Below, one piece after another: positions 9,215-18,112 of a stretch of 32,000 nucleotides of DNA. Positions within the stretch are counted from its first letter, which is position 1. The number at the start of each line of letters is the position of its first letter. The stretch is from Parasynechococcus marenigrum WH 8102 (GTDB lineage: Bacteria > Cyanobacteriota > Cyanobacteriia > PCC-6307 > Cyanobiaceae), in NCBI RefSeq assembly GCF_000195975.1, contig NC_005070.1:2370001-2402000 (forward strand). The letters run 5' to 3'. A program made the translations under genes and the position numbers. The notes beneath the pieces are model-generated. The model did not search any database, had not been told where the DNA came from, and worked only from the letters and a program-made list of their open reading frames with translations.

Positions 9215-9774
9215 CGAGAAGTAATGACCTGGGGTAAGTACATGGCACCTCGCCAACAAAACGAACGTGCATCATTGGAAAGTCGTTTCTACCGGGCACA
9301 GACACGTCGGCGCTTTGACCTAAGCTCTACATTAATTGAAATTAAGAGTCCCAGTATGCGCAAAAGGGCAAAGCCGTACGACAAGAGTTACAGACGGCAA
9401 TACGAGCGGAATCGTAATTCCATCAACAGAACAACTTTTGAGTACGAACTAGAAAAGGACGTAGCCGCTTTGAAGACGGTTTGGCAAATGATCAGCTCGG
9501 GAGCTGCCCGCATGCTGAACAGAGTTTTACATCAGATTTAAATCTATAAAATGAATAGCATAGATCGCACAGGAAAAAGAATATAAAATCAACAGGGAAG
9601 CTGGGAGCCTAAAAAACCAACATTGTGCTAATATATTTCTTAAGTAGCTCGAGAAATCGAAGGTTACTTCACTATCGCACGCTTTCATTATTACGTAGCG
9701 ACAAAGGTCCCCGGGCCGATTAAACTGATCTACTACATTTTTTGATCGATCAGTCCGCCCTATTTTCATGAATC

Positions 9775-11316
9775 ATGACCATCAAAAACCAAGTCAACCC
9801 CTACTTCGCAGAAAAAAAATTGAATAAGATTGAAAAAAGTAAGTTGGAAAAAGATGGGCTTTTAGTAGGAAGCGAAATCGAAAAGTTTGCAAAAATTGGG
9901 TGGGAAAATATGGATGAAACCGACTTAAAACTCCGTCTGAAATGGTATGGAATGTTCTGGCGTCCGAAAACACCCGGAAAATTCATGCTAAGACTTAGAA
10001 TACCAAATGGTGTATTGACATCCAATCAAATACGAGTTGTAGCTTCAATAGTTGAACGTTATGGAGAAAATGGAAGCTGCGACATCACCACAAGGCAAAA
10101 CCTGCAACTTAGAGGAATACTATTATGCGATCTTCCCGAGATCCTTAGAAGACTGCGTGAAGCCGGACTAAGTAGCATCCAGTCGGGCTTTGATAATCCA
10201 CGAAACGTAACCGGCAATCCACTCGCAGGAATAGATCCGAACGAAATCGTCGATACGAGACCTTACACAACTAAATTGCAGAACTTTCTCACAAATAATT
10301 GTGAGGGAAATTCGGAATATTCCAACCTACCGAGAAAATGGAACACAGCAGTTGCAGGATCTAAAGACAATTTCCTTCTTCACAACGACATAGTGTTTCA
10401 TCCCGTTGAGAATAACGGCGTGATGGGTTTTAGCATCTGGATTGGAGGGATTTTATCTCCACAGATGAACGCATATGCATTTCCCATGAATGTATGGGTA
10501 TTACCTGACGAGATCTGCAACATTTTGGATACTGTGATTCGTCTCTGGAGAGACAATGGAGAAAGAGAGAAGAGAACCAAGGGACGTTTCCGCATGTATC
10601 TCGATGAGATAGGGCACGAGGAATTCCGCAGCCAAGTGGAAAAACTGTACGGAACACTCACTCCCGATCCAGGCTCAATATTCGAAAACTCTCCACGCTC
10701 TCACTTCGGCATTAATCAGCAGAAACAAGCCGGACTTTATTTTGCTGGCATACACGTGCCGGTCGGTCGCCTCACGGCAGAGGATCTACAAGATATCGCA
10801 ACAGCGAGTCTCAAATATGGAAATGGAGAAATTAGACTCACAGAAGACCAAAATATAATTATCACAGGTCTTACGAGTGAAAAAGTTGAAGAATTAAAGA
10901 CTGATACATTATTGCAGCGTTTCCCCCTAGCACCTAGCAATATTTCAGCAGGAACAGTGTCCTGCACGGGAAATACTTACTGTAGTTTTGCGCTTACCAA
11001 CACTAAAGACCAAGCCTTAAAAGCAGCAAAGGAACTTGACGAGGAGTTGAATCTACCTGAAGAGATAAAAGTTCACTGGACTGGCTGCCCAAATACATGT
11101 GGACAGGCTTATATGGGAGCAATAGGTTTAACAGGTACAAAGGCTAAAAATGCTGAAGGAGTAATGGGTGAAGGCTACACAATGACTATTGGTGGTTCAC
11201 AGGGTCGCAACCCAACTATTGGTCAAATCTATCGCAAAGCTATACCTGCGGCTGAAATCAAAACAGCCCTTAAGGAAGTACTTATTTCAAAATTTGGAGC
11301 TACAGAAAAGAAATAA
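9775..11316 (+). CDS. nirA: Ferredoxin-nitrite reductase NirA
   Basis: 513 aa with both siroheme/4Fe-4S cysteine clusters (VSCTGNTYCSFA and HWTGCPNTCGQAYM) and the N-terminal KLEKDG...LRLKWYGMFWRPKTPGKFMLRLRIPNG block typical of NirA. Confidence 0.9.
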   Translation: MTIKNQVNPYFAEKKLNKIEKSKLEKDGLLVGSEIEKFAKIGWENMDETDLKLRLKWYGMFWRPKTPGKFMLRLRIPNGVLTSNQIRVVASIVERYGENGSCDITTRQNLQLRGILLCDLPEILRRLREAGLSSIQSGFDNPRNVTGNPLAGIDPNEIVDTRPYTTKLQNFLTNNCEGNSEYSNLPRKWNTAVAGSKDNFLLHNDIVFHPVENNGVMGFSIWIGGILSPQMNAYAFPMNVWVLPDEICNILDTVIRLWRDNGEREKRTKGRFRMYLDEIGHEEFRSQVEKLYGTLTPDPGSIFENSPRSHFGINQQKQAGLYFAGIHVPVGRLTAEDLQDIATASLKYGNGEIRLTEDQNIIITGLTSEKVEELKTDTLLQRFPLAPSNISAGTVSCTGNTYCSFALTNTKDQALKAAKELDEELNLPEEIKVHWTGCPNTCGQAYMGAIGLTGTKAKNAEGVMGEGYTMTIGGSQGRNPTIGQIYRKAIPAAEIKTALKEVLISKFGATEKK

Positions 11317-11430
11317 TTATTTTATAAGAAATAAAACAAGTTATAAAGCAAAGTTGATCAACAGAGAAGAGTAAAGATAATATTGCAAAATTAAAAGAAT
11401 TGCAATAATTAGAGTATAGAAAAAAAGATC

Positions 11431-12357
11431 ATGCTAGGGTTAAAAGGTATAACAAAGAAAGTATCGAACTTAAATCAGATGGAGAATCTATATCACATTA
11501 GAGAAAGATTCTCAATTATTCATGATAACAAGAAAATAGGAATACAGATGAAATGGGAAGGTAAAAGAGAAAAACCTCCAATGCTAATGCTTCCGGCCTT
11601 AAGTACAATTTCAAGAAGCGATGAATGGCAGAGTTTTAAAGCAATAGTGACAGATAAATACCAATTAATAACAATTGATTGGCCTGGATTCGGCGAAAGT
11701 GATAAAAAAGATATACACTACAGCGGAAAAGTATTACAAAAAACACTTAGAAAAGCTATCAAAGCAATCCAGAGAAAAAATAATAAAAAGCTAACTATAG
11801 TTGCAGCTGGTCATAGTGCCTCAGTTGTACTTACACTAAAAGACAAGTACATCAATACAATAAAACAAGTTGTGCTAATTGCACCAACATGGAGAGGTCC
11901 ACTTCCAAGTATGACAGGATGGTCTCCTAAGAGGCTAAACATCATAAATGAAATAGTAAGACTTCCTATCATTGGTCCAATACTATACTTCATAAATACA
12001 ACAAAAGTGATTATAAGATTCATGATGAAAAGGCATGTATGGCTAAATAAGAATGACCTTGATAATGATAAAATACTCAGACTCCAAGTATTATCTCGAC
12101 AAAAGGGAGCACGATACGCAAGCGCAGCATTCGTAACAGGGAGTTTAGATATAGATAAAAATAAGAAGTGGTGGATATCAAATACAAAAAAGATTCAAGA
12201 AATGTCTACTCTTGTTATACCGAAGGATTCACCAAAAAAATCATTATCAGAGATGGAAGTACTCTCAGATAGCATTAAAGATATTTTATACGTTAGAGGT
12301 AGGCTAGGTTGCCACGAAGAATTCGGAGAAGAAATCGCAAAAAGATTATTCTACTAA
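11431..12357 (+). CDS. Alpha/beta-hydrolase-fold protein, function unknown
   Basis: It has IDWPGFGESD (a typical strand-loop motif after the oxyanion region), a nucleophile-elbow-like VAAGHSASV and a C-terminal GCHEE histidine. The start is uncertain (ATG 11431 or 11479). The 3' end overlaps the znuB 3' end by 12 nt. Confidence 0.5.
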   Translation: MLGLKGITKKVSNLNQMENLYHIRERFSIIHDNKKIGIQMKWEGKREKPPMLMLPALSTISRSDEWQSFKAIVTDKYQLITIDWPGFGESDKKDIHYSGKVLQKTLRKAIKAIQRKNNKKLTIVAAGHSASVVLTLKDKYINTIKQVVLIAPTWRGPLPSMTGWSPKRLNIINEIVRLPIIGPILYFINTTKVIIRFMMKRHVWLNKNDLDNDKILRLQVLSRQKGARYASAAFVTGSLDIDKNKKWWISNTKKIQEMSTLVIPKDSPKKSLSEMEVLSDSIKDILYVRGRLGCHEEFGEEIAKRLFY

Positions 12358-13176
12358 ATTGTATACACGAGAAAATATCAAAGAAAAAAGGAAAGCAAAG
12401 AATTGCAAGATTACAATCGAAGGACCTGAAGGTAGATTAAAGAAACCTGATAAAATAAGCCCAAACAGAGCACACAAACCGCCCAGCACCATAGAAAAAA
12501 CAATATAAGAACTAAACTTACGCGAAATAAGTCTACCAGCGCATGCAGGTATTACAACGAAAGCACTTATAAGCAATACACCAACAGACTTAATTGAAAC
12601 AGATACAACAATACCCAATAAAATGATGAAAGCAAGTTTATGGAATCTTGTGTTAATACCAATAGAGCCAGCCAAATCCTCATTAAGAGTTAAAAGAACA
12701 TGAGAACGAAGACTAAAGACAAGGTAGATAAAAGAAACAATAAAAAGGATCAATGTAATATATATATCTGATGCTGTAATACCAAGAATATCTCCAAAAA
12801 GCAACTGCTTAATGCTACCACTATAAGAGTTGATTTTACTTAAGGCAAGAACAGCTGCTGCTAGAGAGCTAGAATATACGATATTCAATAGTGCGTCGGT
12901 AGGCAAAGAACTGCTCTCAACTAGATTATTTACAAGAAATGCAAATATAATGGCAAAAGGAATAAGAACAAAAGTAGGATTCACATTTAAAAGGATACCT
13001 AGAGTTATACCGAGCAAGGCAGAATGCCCTAATGCATCACTAAAAAAAGCAAGTTGTCGGAGTACAGCAAAATAACCTATAAGCCCTCCTAAAGAACCAG
13101 TTAAAAAGCCACCAATTAATGCGCGGTGAATAAATGGCTCATCAAATAACTCAAAAAAAGTTGATAAATCACCCAC
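12346..13176 (-). CDS. znuB: Metal (zinc-type) ABC transporter permease, ABC-3 family
   Basis: 276-aa polytopic membrane protein (FIHRALIGGFLTGSLGGLIGYFAVLRQLAFFSDALGHSALLG is the ZnuB/MntB family N-terminal pattern). It overlaps znuC by 8 nt in an operon. Confidence 0.8.
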   Translation of the reverse strand: MGDLSTFFELFDEPFIHRALIGGFLTGSLGGLIGYFAVLRQLAFFSDALGHSALLGITLGILLNVNPTFVLIPFAIIFAFLVNNLVESSSLPTDALLNIVYSSSLAAAVLALSKINSYSGSIKQLLFGDILGITASDIYITLILFIVSFIYLVFSLRSHVLLTLNEDLAGSIGINTRFHKLAFIILLGIVVSVSIKSVGVLLISAFVVIPACAGRLISRKFSSYIVFSMVLGGLCALFGLILSGFFNLPSGPSIVILQFFAFLFSLIFSRVYNLVE

Positions 13177-13936
13177 GACATTGATGCTGATAAGAAACTA
13201 TATTGGGCCCATAGAGAACACTTAATCTTTCGGAAGTCAATGCAAGATTAGGTACACCTCGGCAGCACAAACGTCTATTTAAACCAAGTACTTGATCGCT
13301 ACTACGGAGAACCATATCAATATCGTGAGATATATGGAGGACAGTCCAACCTTCCTGCCGACGCAATTCAAATAACATTTTTTGAAAACGTTGAGTTGAA
13401 GGTATATCTAGACCAGCCTGAACTTCGTCCAAAACAAGAAGATCCCTCGGACGTACGATACAAAATGCAAGCATAACTCGCTTCAGTTCACCGCCAGAAA
13501 GTTCACTAAGAAGACGTCGTCTTAAATTAAAAGTATCGGTTCTTTCCAAAGATCGATGAACTAAAATCTTAGTATGGGAGTCACGCATGCGTAGAAAGGA
13601 CGAACAATTACTAAGTCCAAGTTGCACGAACTCAAATACGGAGAGGGGAAACTGACCCTGAAAAGAAAAATTCTGTGGAATATAAGAAATTCGCTCGCGT
13701 ATGGATTTCGGTAGATACCCAGCTTTATTCATTTTGGTGCCCATAATAGTGATGTCGCCTGAGACGCGCGGAATAAGACCCAACAAGGAGGCAACTAATG
13801 AACTCTTACCAGCACCATTAGGGCCAACTAAAGCTGTATCACTCTCAGCTAATAATTCAAAAGAAACATCATCTACAGCAACATTGGCACCCCTTCTTAC
13901 AGTAAGATTCTTAACAGAAGCAATTGGATATGACAT
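13169..13936 (-). CDS. znuC: Metal (zinc-type) ABC transporter ATPase
   Basis: Walker A GPNGAGKSS, ABC signature LSGGELKRV and Walker B LLVLDE are present. It lies between the permease and the binding-protein genes. Confidence 0.85.
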   Translation of the reverse strand: MSYPIASVKNLTVRRGANVAVDDVSFELLAESDTALVGPNGAGKSSLVASLLGLIPRVSGDITIMGTKMNKAGYLPKSIRERISYIPQNFSFQGQFPLSVFEFVQLGLSNCSSFLRMRDSHTKILVHRSLERTDTFNLRRRLLSELSGGELKRVMLAFCIVRPRDLLVLDEVQAGLDIPSTQRFQKMLFELRRQEGWTVLHISHDIDMVLRSSDQVLGLNRRLCCRGVPNLALTSERLSVLYGPNIVSYQHQCRG

Positions 13937-13939
13937 AGT

Positions 13940-14848
13940 TTAACCACCAAGAGAGAGAAGAAGATTGGACAAGTTATCCCGCATAAGGTCAAAATAGAGA
14001 GACTCGTCATACACAAAATCCCGTGAAATAGTTTCAATGGGATTGAATAGTGCTATTTTAATATTAAGATCACGTGCCAACGAATTGAAAGAATTGTTTC
14101 CATCTTGAGGCTCAGTTAAAAGAGCCTTTAAATCGGAGTCTCGAACAAGATTCGAAACTCGCTGTAAATCAACGGGGCTTGGATTGATATCTGGCAGATC
14201 AACTAAGTATTCAGCTTTTAATTGATATCGTTCAGCAAAATATGGTGCAAAGTCATGATAGGCGATAAATGATTTGCCCTGATAAGGCTCCAACTTGGAT
14301 AAAATTTCAGCATGCAATGCGAGCAGGTCATCCACATAAGCGGAGGCATTTAAAGTATAAACTTCACTACAAGCAGGGTTTAATTCCGCAAGAGCATCTT
14401 TAATAGTCTCAACCTGGCTAATAGCGCGTATAGGATCTAACCATATGTGAGGATTAGGATCAGAATCCGCGTTAGAGATATCAGTAGAAATGGTCTTGAT
14501 ACCAATACTAGTGTCAACAACGGATAATGTTGTACTCGCTGATGAAGAGATTAGCCTGTCTAAAAAAGTCTCCATTCCCAAGCCGTTAATAAAAAATATA
14601 TCAGCCTTGCCAATAGATAGAATGTCCTTAGGAGTTGATTGAAAATCGTGTGGTCCAATATTTGTGGGTATTAAAGCTTTGACATCACCGCATTCACCGG
14701 CTACTGCCCTAGCAAATAGTGTTATGGGAAGGAATGAGGTCATAATAGAAATTTTCTTAGACCTCTCAGGAGGCGTTGTGAGGGAGCCGCAAGAAACCAA
14801 AAATATTGAGGCTAGCGAGCCAGTAGCCCACTTACTGAAGCGCACCAT
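13940..14848 (-). CDS. znuA: Periplasmic metal-binding lipoprotein, ZnuA/TroA cluster A-I
   Basis: The signal has a lipobox (SIFLVSCGS). Ligand-position motifs are GPHDFQ, NPHIWLDP and AYHDFAPYF. The third ligand position is His, as I recall for Zn-type rather than Mn-type members. There is no long His-rich loop. Confidence 0.75.
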   Translation of the reverse strand: MVRFSKWATGSLASIFLVSCGSLTTPPERSKKISIMTSFLPITLFARAVAGECGDVKALIPTNIGPHDFQSTPKDILSIGKADIFFINGLGMETFLDRLISSSASTTLSVVDTSIGIKTISTDISNADSDPNPHIWLDPIRAISQVETIKDALAELNPACSEVYTLNASAYVDDLLALHAEILSKLEPYQGKSFIAYHDFAPYFAERYQLKAEYLVDLPDINPSPVDLQRVSNLVRDSDLKALLTEPQDGNNSFNSLARDLNIKIALFNPIETISRDFVYDESLYFDLMRDNLSNLLLSLGG

Positions 14849-14965
14849 GTAGGAGAAGCGAAGTCAAATACGATACGAAAAACCAAAGATATATTTGAAT
14901 CACTGAAAAAAAAAGGCAGTGTAAGCTACCTGGTATTAGTATAGTAGTTGATCACTCATCTAGTA

Positions 14966-16348
14966 ATGAAAGAAAAGCGAAAGGTTCCTGTCACCATACT
15001 TACTGGCTACCTTGGGGCAGGGAAAACCACACTGTTAAACAAGATCTTGAGAGAAGAGCACGGCAAAAAGATTGCAGTCATAGAAAACGAATACGGCGAA
15101 GTTGGAATTGATCAAGGACTCGTCATTAATGCAGACGAAGAGGTCTTTGAAATGTCTAATGGTTGCATTTGTTGCACGGTAAGAGGTGATCTGATAAGAG
15201 TCCTAGGCAATCTAATGAAACGTAGGGACAAATTTGATTACGTTTTAGTTGAAACGACCGGCCTCGCTGACCCAGGGCCGGTAGCACAAACTTTTTTTAT
15301 GGATGATGAAGTTAGAGATGAATTTACTCTTGATGGAATAGTGACGTTAGTAGATTCTGCTCACATTAATCAACAATTAGAACATAGCACTGAAAGTGCA
15401 GAGCAGGTCGCCTTCGCGGACGTACTCATACTCAATAAAACTGACTTAGTTTCCAAAAACGAAGTCAACGTACTTGAATCACGCCTTAGAGATATGAACA
15501 AAATGGCCCGTATACTGCGTTCAAAAGAAGCAGGGGTCGATGTTGAAGATGTCTTGAATCTTGGTGCATTTGATCTCCAGCAAACATTAGATAGACGTCC
15601 GACATTTCTCGAACCTGAATATCCGTTTGAGTGGACCGGAGTATATGAACTTAAGAAAGGAAACTACAGGCTTTATTTTGATGATGGACCTGATCCAACA
15701 ATGCTAATAACAGCAATAGAATTTAATAGTTCAAATGGAAAAGATCTTGACGGGTACGCCGAAGATTGTGTAAGAATATTTTCAAAAGAACCTAAACAAC
15801 TTATGCCAGGTGAAGCAATAAGTTTTAACGAGGTTATTGAATTACAATTACAAGATGCGGGTCAGAAGGCCTTTGAATTATACATAGATAATAAATCAAC
15901 TATAGGTCTCTTCACCCAACATACGGCAGAAGAATTCAATATAAGACTGGATGACAATAAGGATGATCAGACAAGAGATAAAAAATTTAGCAATATAACT
16001 AAGGGGATTGATACAAAGACCGAAAGAATATGGGTAGCTGAACACGAGCATGACGATGAAGTTGGATCTATTGCTCTAGAAAGCCTTGGCAACATTAATC
16101 CAGATAAATTAAACGATTGGATTTCAAAACTTCTCCGAGAAAAAGGAGTAGATATATTTAGAACCAAAGGATTTATCAGCTACGCTGAAGAATCTAGAAA
16201 AATTGTATTTCAAGGGGTCCATATGTTATTTACTGCAGAGCCTGGAAGCGAGTGGGGAAACGAGCCCAGGAAGAACCAACTTGTATTCATAGGCCGAAAT
16301 TTAGACGAGGATGCATTAAGGACTGAGTTTGAAAAATGTCTAGCATGA
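14966..16348 (+). CDS. COG0523 (CobW/ZigA/YeiR-like) G3E-family GTPase metallochaperone with ~150-aa internal insertion
   Basis: Motifs present: Walker A GYLGAGKTTLLN, metal-binding CICCTVRGD (CxCC), LVETTGLADP, NKTD, an acidic/His patch AEHEHDDE, and a CobW_C-like end (IFRTKGFISY...LVFIGRNLD). The ATG at 14966 is preferred over the TTG at 14948. It is divergent from znuA. Confidence 0.85.
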   Translation: MKEKRKVPVTILTGYLGAGKTTLLNKILREEHGKKIAVIENEYGEVGIDQGLVINADEEVFEMSNGCICCTVRGDLIRVLGNLMKRRDKFDYVLVETTGLADPGPVAQTFFMDDEVRDEFTLDGIVTLVDSAHINQQLEHSTESAEQVAFADVLILNKTDLVSKNEVNVLESRLRDMNKMARILRSKEAGVDVEDVLNLGAFDLQQTLDRRPTFLEPEYPFEWTGVYELKKGNYRLYFDDGPDPTMLITAIEFNSSNGKDLDGYAEDCVRIFSKEPKQLMPGEAISFNEVIELQLQDAGQKAFELYIDNKSTIGLFTQHTAEEFNIRLDDNKDDQTRDKKFSNITKGIDTKTERIWVAEHEHDDEVGSIALESLGNINPDKLNDWISKLLREKGVDIFRTKGFISYAEESRKIVFQGVHMLFTAEPGSEWGNEPRKNQLVFIGRNLDEDALRTEFEKCLA

Positions 16349-17403
16349 AAAGATCTAACAGCATCTTTCAAGATGGATGGTACAGTGAAATTAGCGAATA
16401 CGTAATAGCTTGTGACTGGGCACTCGAAAATAAGAATATTATTGCTGCAGATATAACAGGCAACATTTACTCTTTTGATGCAAAAACAGGGAAGTTACTA
16501 TACATGCAAAAAGACACTCACAACAAATCACTCTTAGATCTAGCAGTAAATCCCAACGGAAGCATATATGCAACTTGTGGCCAAAACGGCAAGGTTGATA
16601 TTAATGCGGCTTCAGATGGAAGCTTACTAAGTTCAAACTCATTAGGCAATGACTGGGTTGACAATATACAATGGACAAACAACGGAAAATTATTAGCCGG
16701 TAGCATTGGAAAGTTCGTACATGTGATTGATTCGTCAGGAAATCAATTATGGCGTTCCGATGAACTGACAAGTACTGTGTCAGCAATATATTGGTCAAAT
16801 AATAACGAATTAGCGATAGCAAGCTATGGCCAAGTGATTATTTACGATGTAAAAACCAATAAAGCTTGTCAAAGATTTGAGTGGAAGGGATCTCTTATAT
16901 CATTGGCATTGAGCCCAAACGGGGAAATTGTAGCTTGTGGAAGTCAAGACAATTCAGTACATTTTTGGCGACGAACTAATGGTAAAGACGCTGAAATGAC
17001 TGGTTATCCTGGCAAACCTAAAGATATTGTGTTCGATATTACGGGTCAATATTTAGCTACAGGGGGAAGCCCCCAAGTTACAGTATGGAACTTTAAAGAT
17101 AAGGGTCCTGAGGGAACAATTCCGGGACAACTTATACTTCATAATGAGCCGATAAGTTGCCTTAGCTTTGCTAACAGTAGCTCGTTATTAGCATCTGGTG
17201 CAAAAGATGGATCAATTGCAATTTGGAAATTAGATAAAAATGGAGATGGTGAGCCCATTGACAAGGTATCCATCAACTCGACGCCGACACGACTAAAATG
17301 GAAGAGAGACGATAATGCCTTTTTAGCTGCTAGCGACTCGGGGAAATTATTCTGCTGGGATATACCGTCTAAAAAAGGAGAAGGAATCGGATTCAAAAAC
17401 TAA
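16336..17403 (+). CDS. WD40-repeat beta-propeller protein
   Basis: 355 aa with repeated blades ending in W-x motifs (VHFWRR, VTVWNF, IAIWKL, LFCWDI) and GS/GG-rich turns. It overlaps the COG0523 3' end. The in-frame ATG at 16345 forms an ATGA overlap with the TGA stop at 16346-16348. Confidence 0.8.
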   Translation: MSSMKRSNSIFQDGWYSEISEYVIACDWALENKNIIAADITGNIYSFDAKTGKLLYMQKDTHNKSLLDLAVNPNGSIYATCGQNGKVDINAASDGSLLSSNSLGNDWVDNIQWTNNGKLLAGSIGKFVHVIDSSGNQLWRSDELTSTVSAIYWSNNNELAIASYGQVIIYDVKTNKACQRFEWKGSLISLALSPNGEIVACGSQDNSVHFWRRTNGKDAEMTGYPGKPKDIVFDITGQYLATGGSPQVTVWNFKDKGPEGTIPGQLILHNEPISCLSFANSSSLLASGAKDGSIAIWKLDKNGDGEPIDKVSINSTPTRLKWKRDDNAFLAASDSGKLFCWDIPSKKGEGIGFKN

Positions 17404-17748
17404 ATATATGACCGTTCGATATAATCCTTGAGGATCAAAGGAAGTTGATTAAGAAATTAGAAACTAATTCAAATGCGACTGGCCGGACTGTATAATGGTG
17501 TAAATCAATACAATACACGTTATGTATCAAACTCAATGGCTGGCCTCCGTCACTGACTCACTGCGGAAGCGTTATCTAAAGTCTCAAAAAGAAAATGACA
17601 AAAAAGCAACTACAGAATTGTTTAAGGAAGCGGTTTATTTAGGCATTAACATACGCAATTTTGATTAAGATTTTTAATGGGCCGACAATAGATTCCTTTA
17701 TAATAACATGAATGTATATAATATAGGAAGAGTCCTAGCCTATTGCCA

Positions 17749-18072
17749 ATGAATGAAGAATCAGCAAAAAGTAACGAAGACCAAGATATTTTTTCACAAT
17801 TAATGAAAGAAGTAAGTACACTTGCTTTATTAAAAGAATCAGGTGCAAGTATTATTCAAGGAAAGATTTTAATAATTATCGTTGGAATTGAAAAGGATGG
17901 AGAATTGTTAAAGGGCAAAGAGATACAACCTAAATATTGCAATATAAGCAATGAAGAAGAATTCCAAGAATTTATTAAGGGTAATTACAAAAATGTTGAT
18001 ACTTTATATGTAAGATACTTTAGACCCGGAGACATAGAATTAAGTGAAATTACTAAATACATAATAAAATAA
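17749..18072 (+). CDS. Hypothetical protein (107 aa from the ATG)
   Basis: A stop-free run of about 109 codons in roughly 30% GC DNA is unlikely by chance. The protein has an acidic N-terminus and a hydrophobic core (ILIIIVGI). No recognisable motif. Confidence 0.35.
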   Translation: MNEESAKSNEDQDIFSQLMKEVSTLALLKESGASIIQGKILIIIVGIEKDGELLKGKEIQPKYCNISNEEEFQEFIKGNYKNVDTLYVRYFRPGDIELSEITKYIIK

Positions 18073-18112
18073 AAGAGCTACTTTAGGCGGGTTCAACAAA
18101 CACAAAGTGTAA

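Noticed and set aside
9298-9307. 10-bp direct repeat ACAGACACGT near both island borders (9298-9307 and 23952-23961) as possible att-like target duplication
   Set aside because: A shared 10-mer between two windows of about 400 bp is expected by chance with a probability of roughly 0.15. There is no integrase or tRNA nearby, and the flanking bases do not extend the match.
9743-9752. Perfect 10-bp palindrome TGATCGATCA, 22 nt upstream of the nirA ATG, as an operator
   Set aside because: Perfect 10-bp palindromes are expected about 30 times in 32 kb by chance. It contains two GATC sites and has no matching second copy.
9224-9769. ORFs 9224-9541 (+, 105 aa) and 9527-9769 (-, 80 aa) in the cbiX/nirA divergent spacer
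   Set aside because: No motif and mixed composition. They occupy the region that must hold the promoters of cbiX-cobA and nirA. I cannot support them as genes from sequence alone.
11381-11407. AT-only hairpin TATTGCAA-N11-TTGCAATA after nirA as a terminator
   Set aside because: The stem is weak, has only 2 G:C pairs among its 8 bp, and has no downstream T-run. Such structures are common in AT-rich spacers.
14849-14965. Search for a Zur (Fur-family 7-1-7, TGATAAT-N-ATTATCA-like) box in the znuA/COG0523 divergent spacer
   Set aside because: I found only weak partial palindromes, such as TTTGAATCACTGAAA with 5 of 7 pairs. I cannot claim a site without a lineage-specific matrix.
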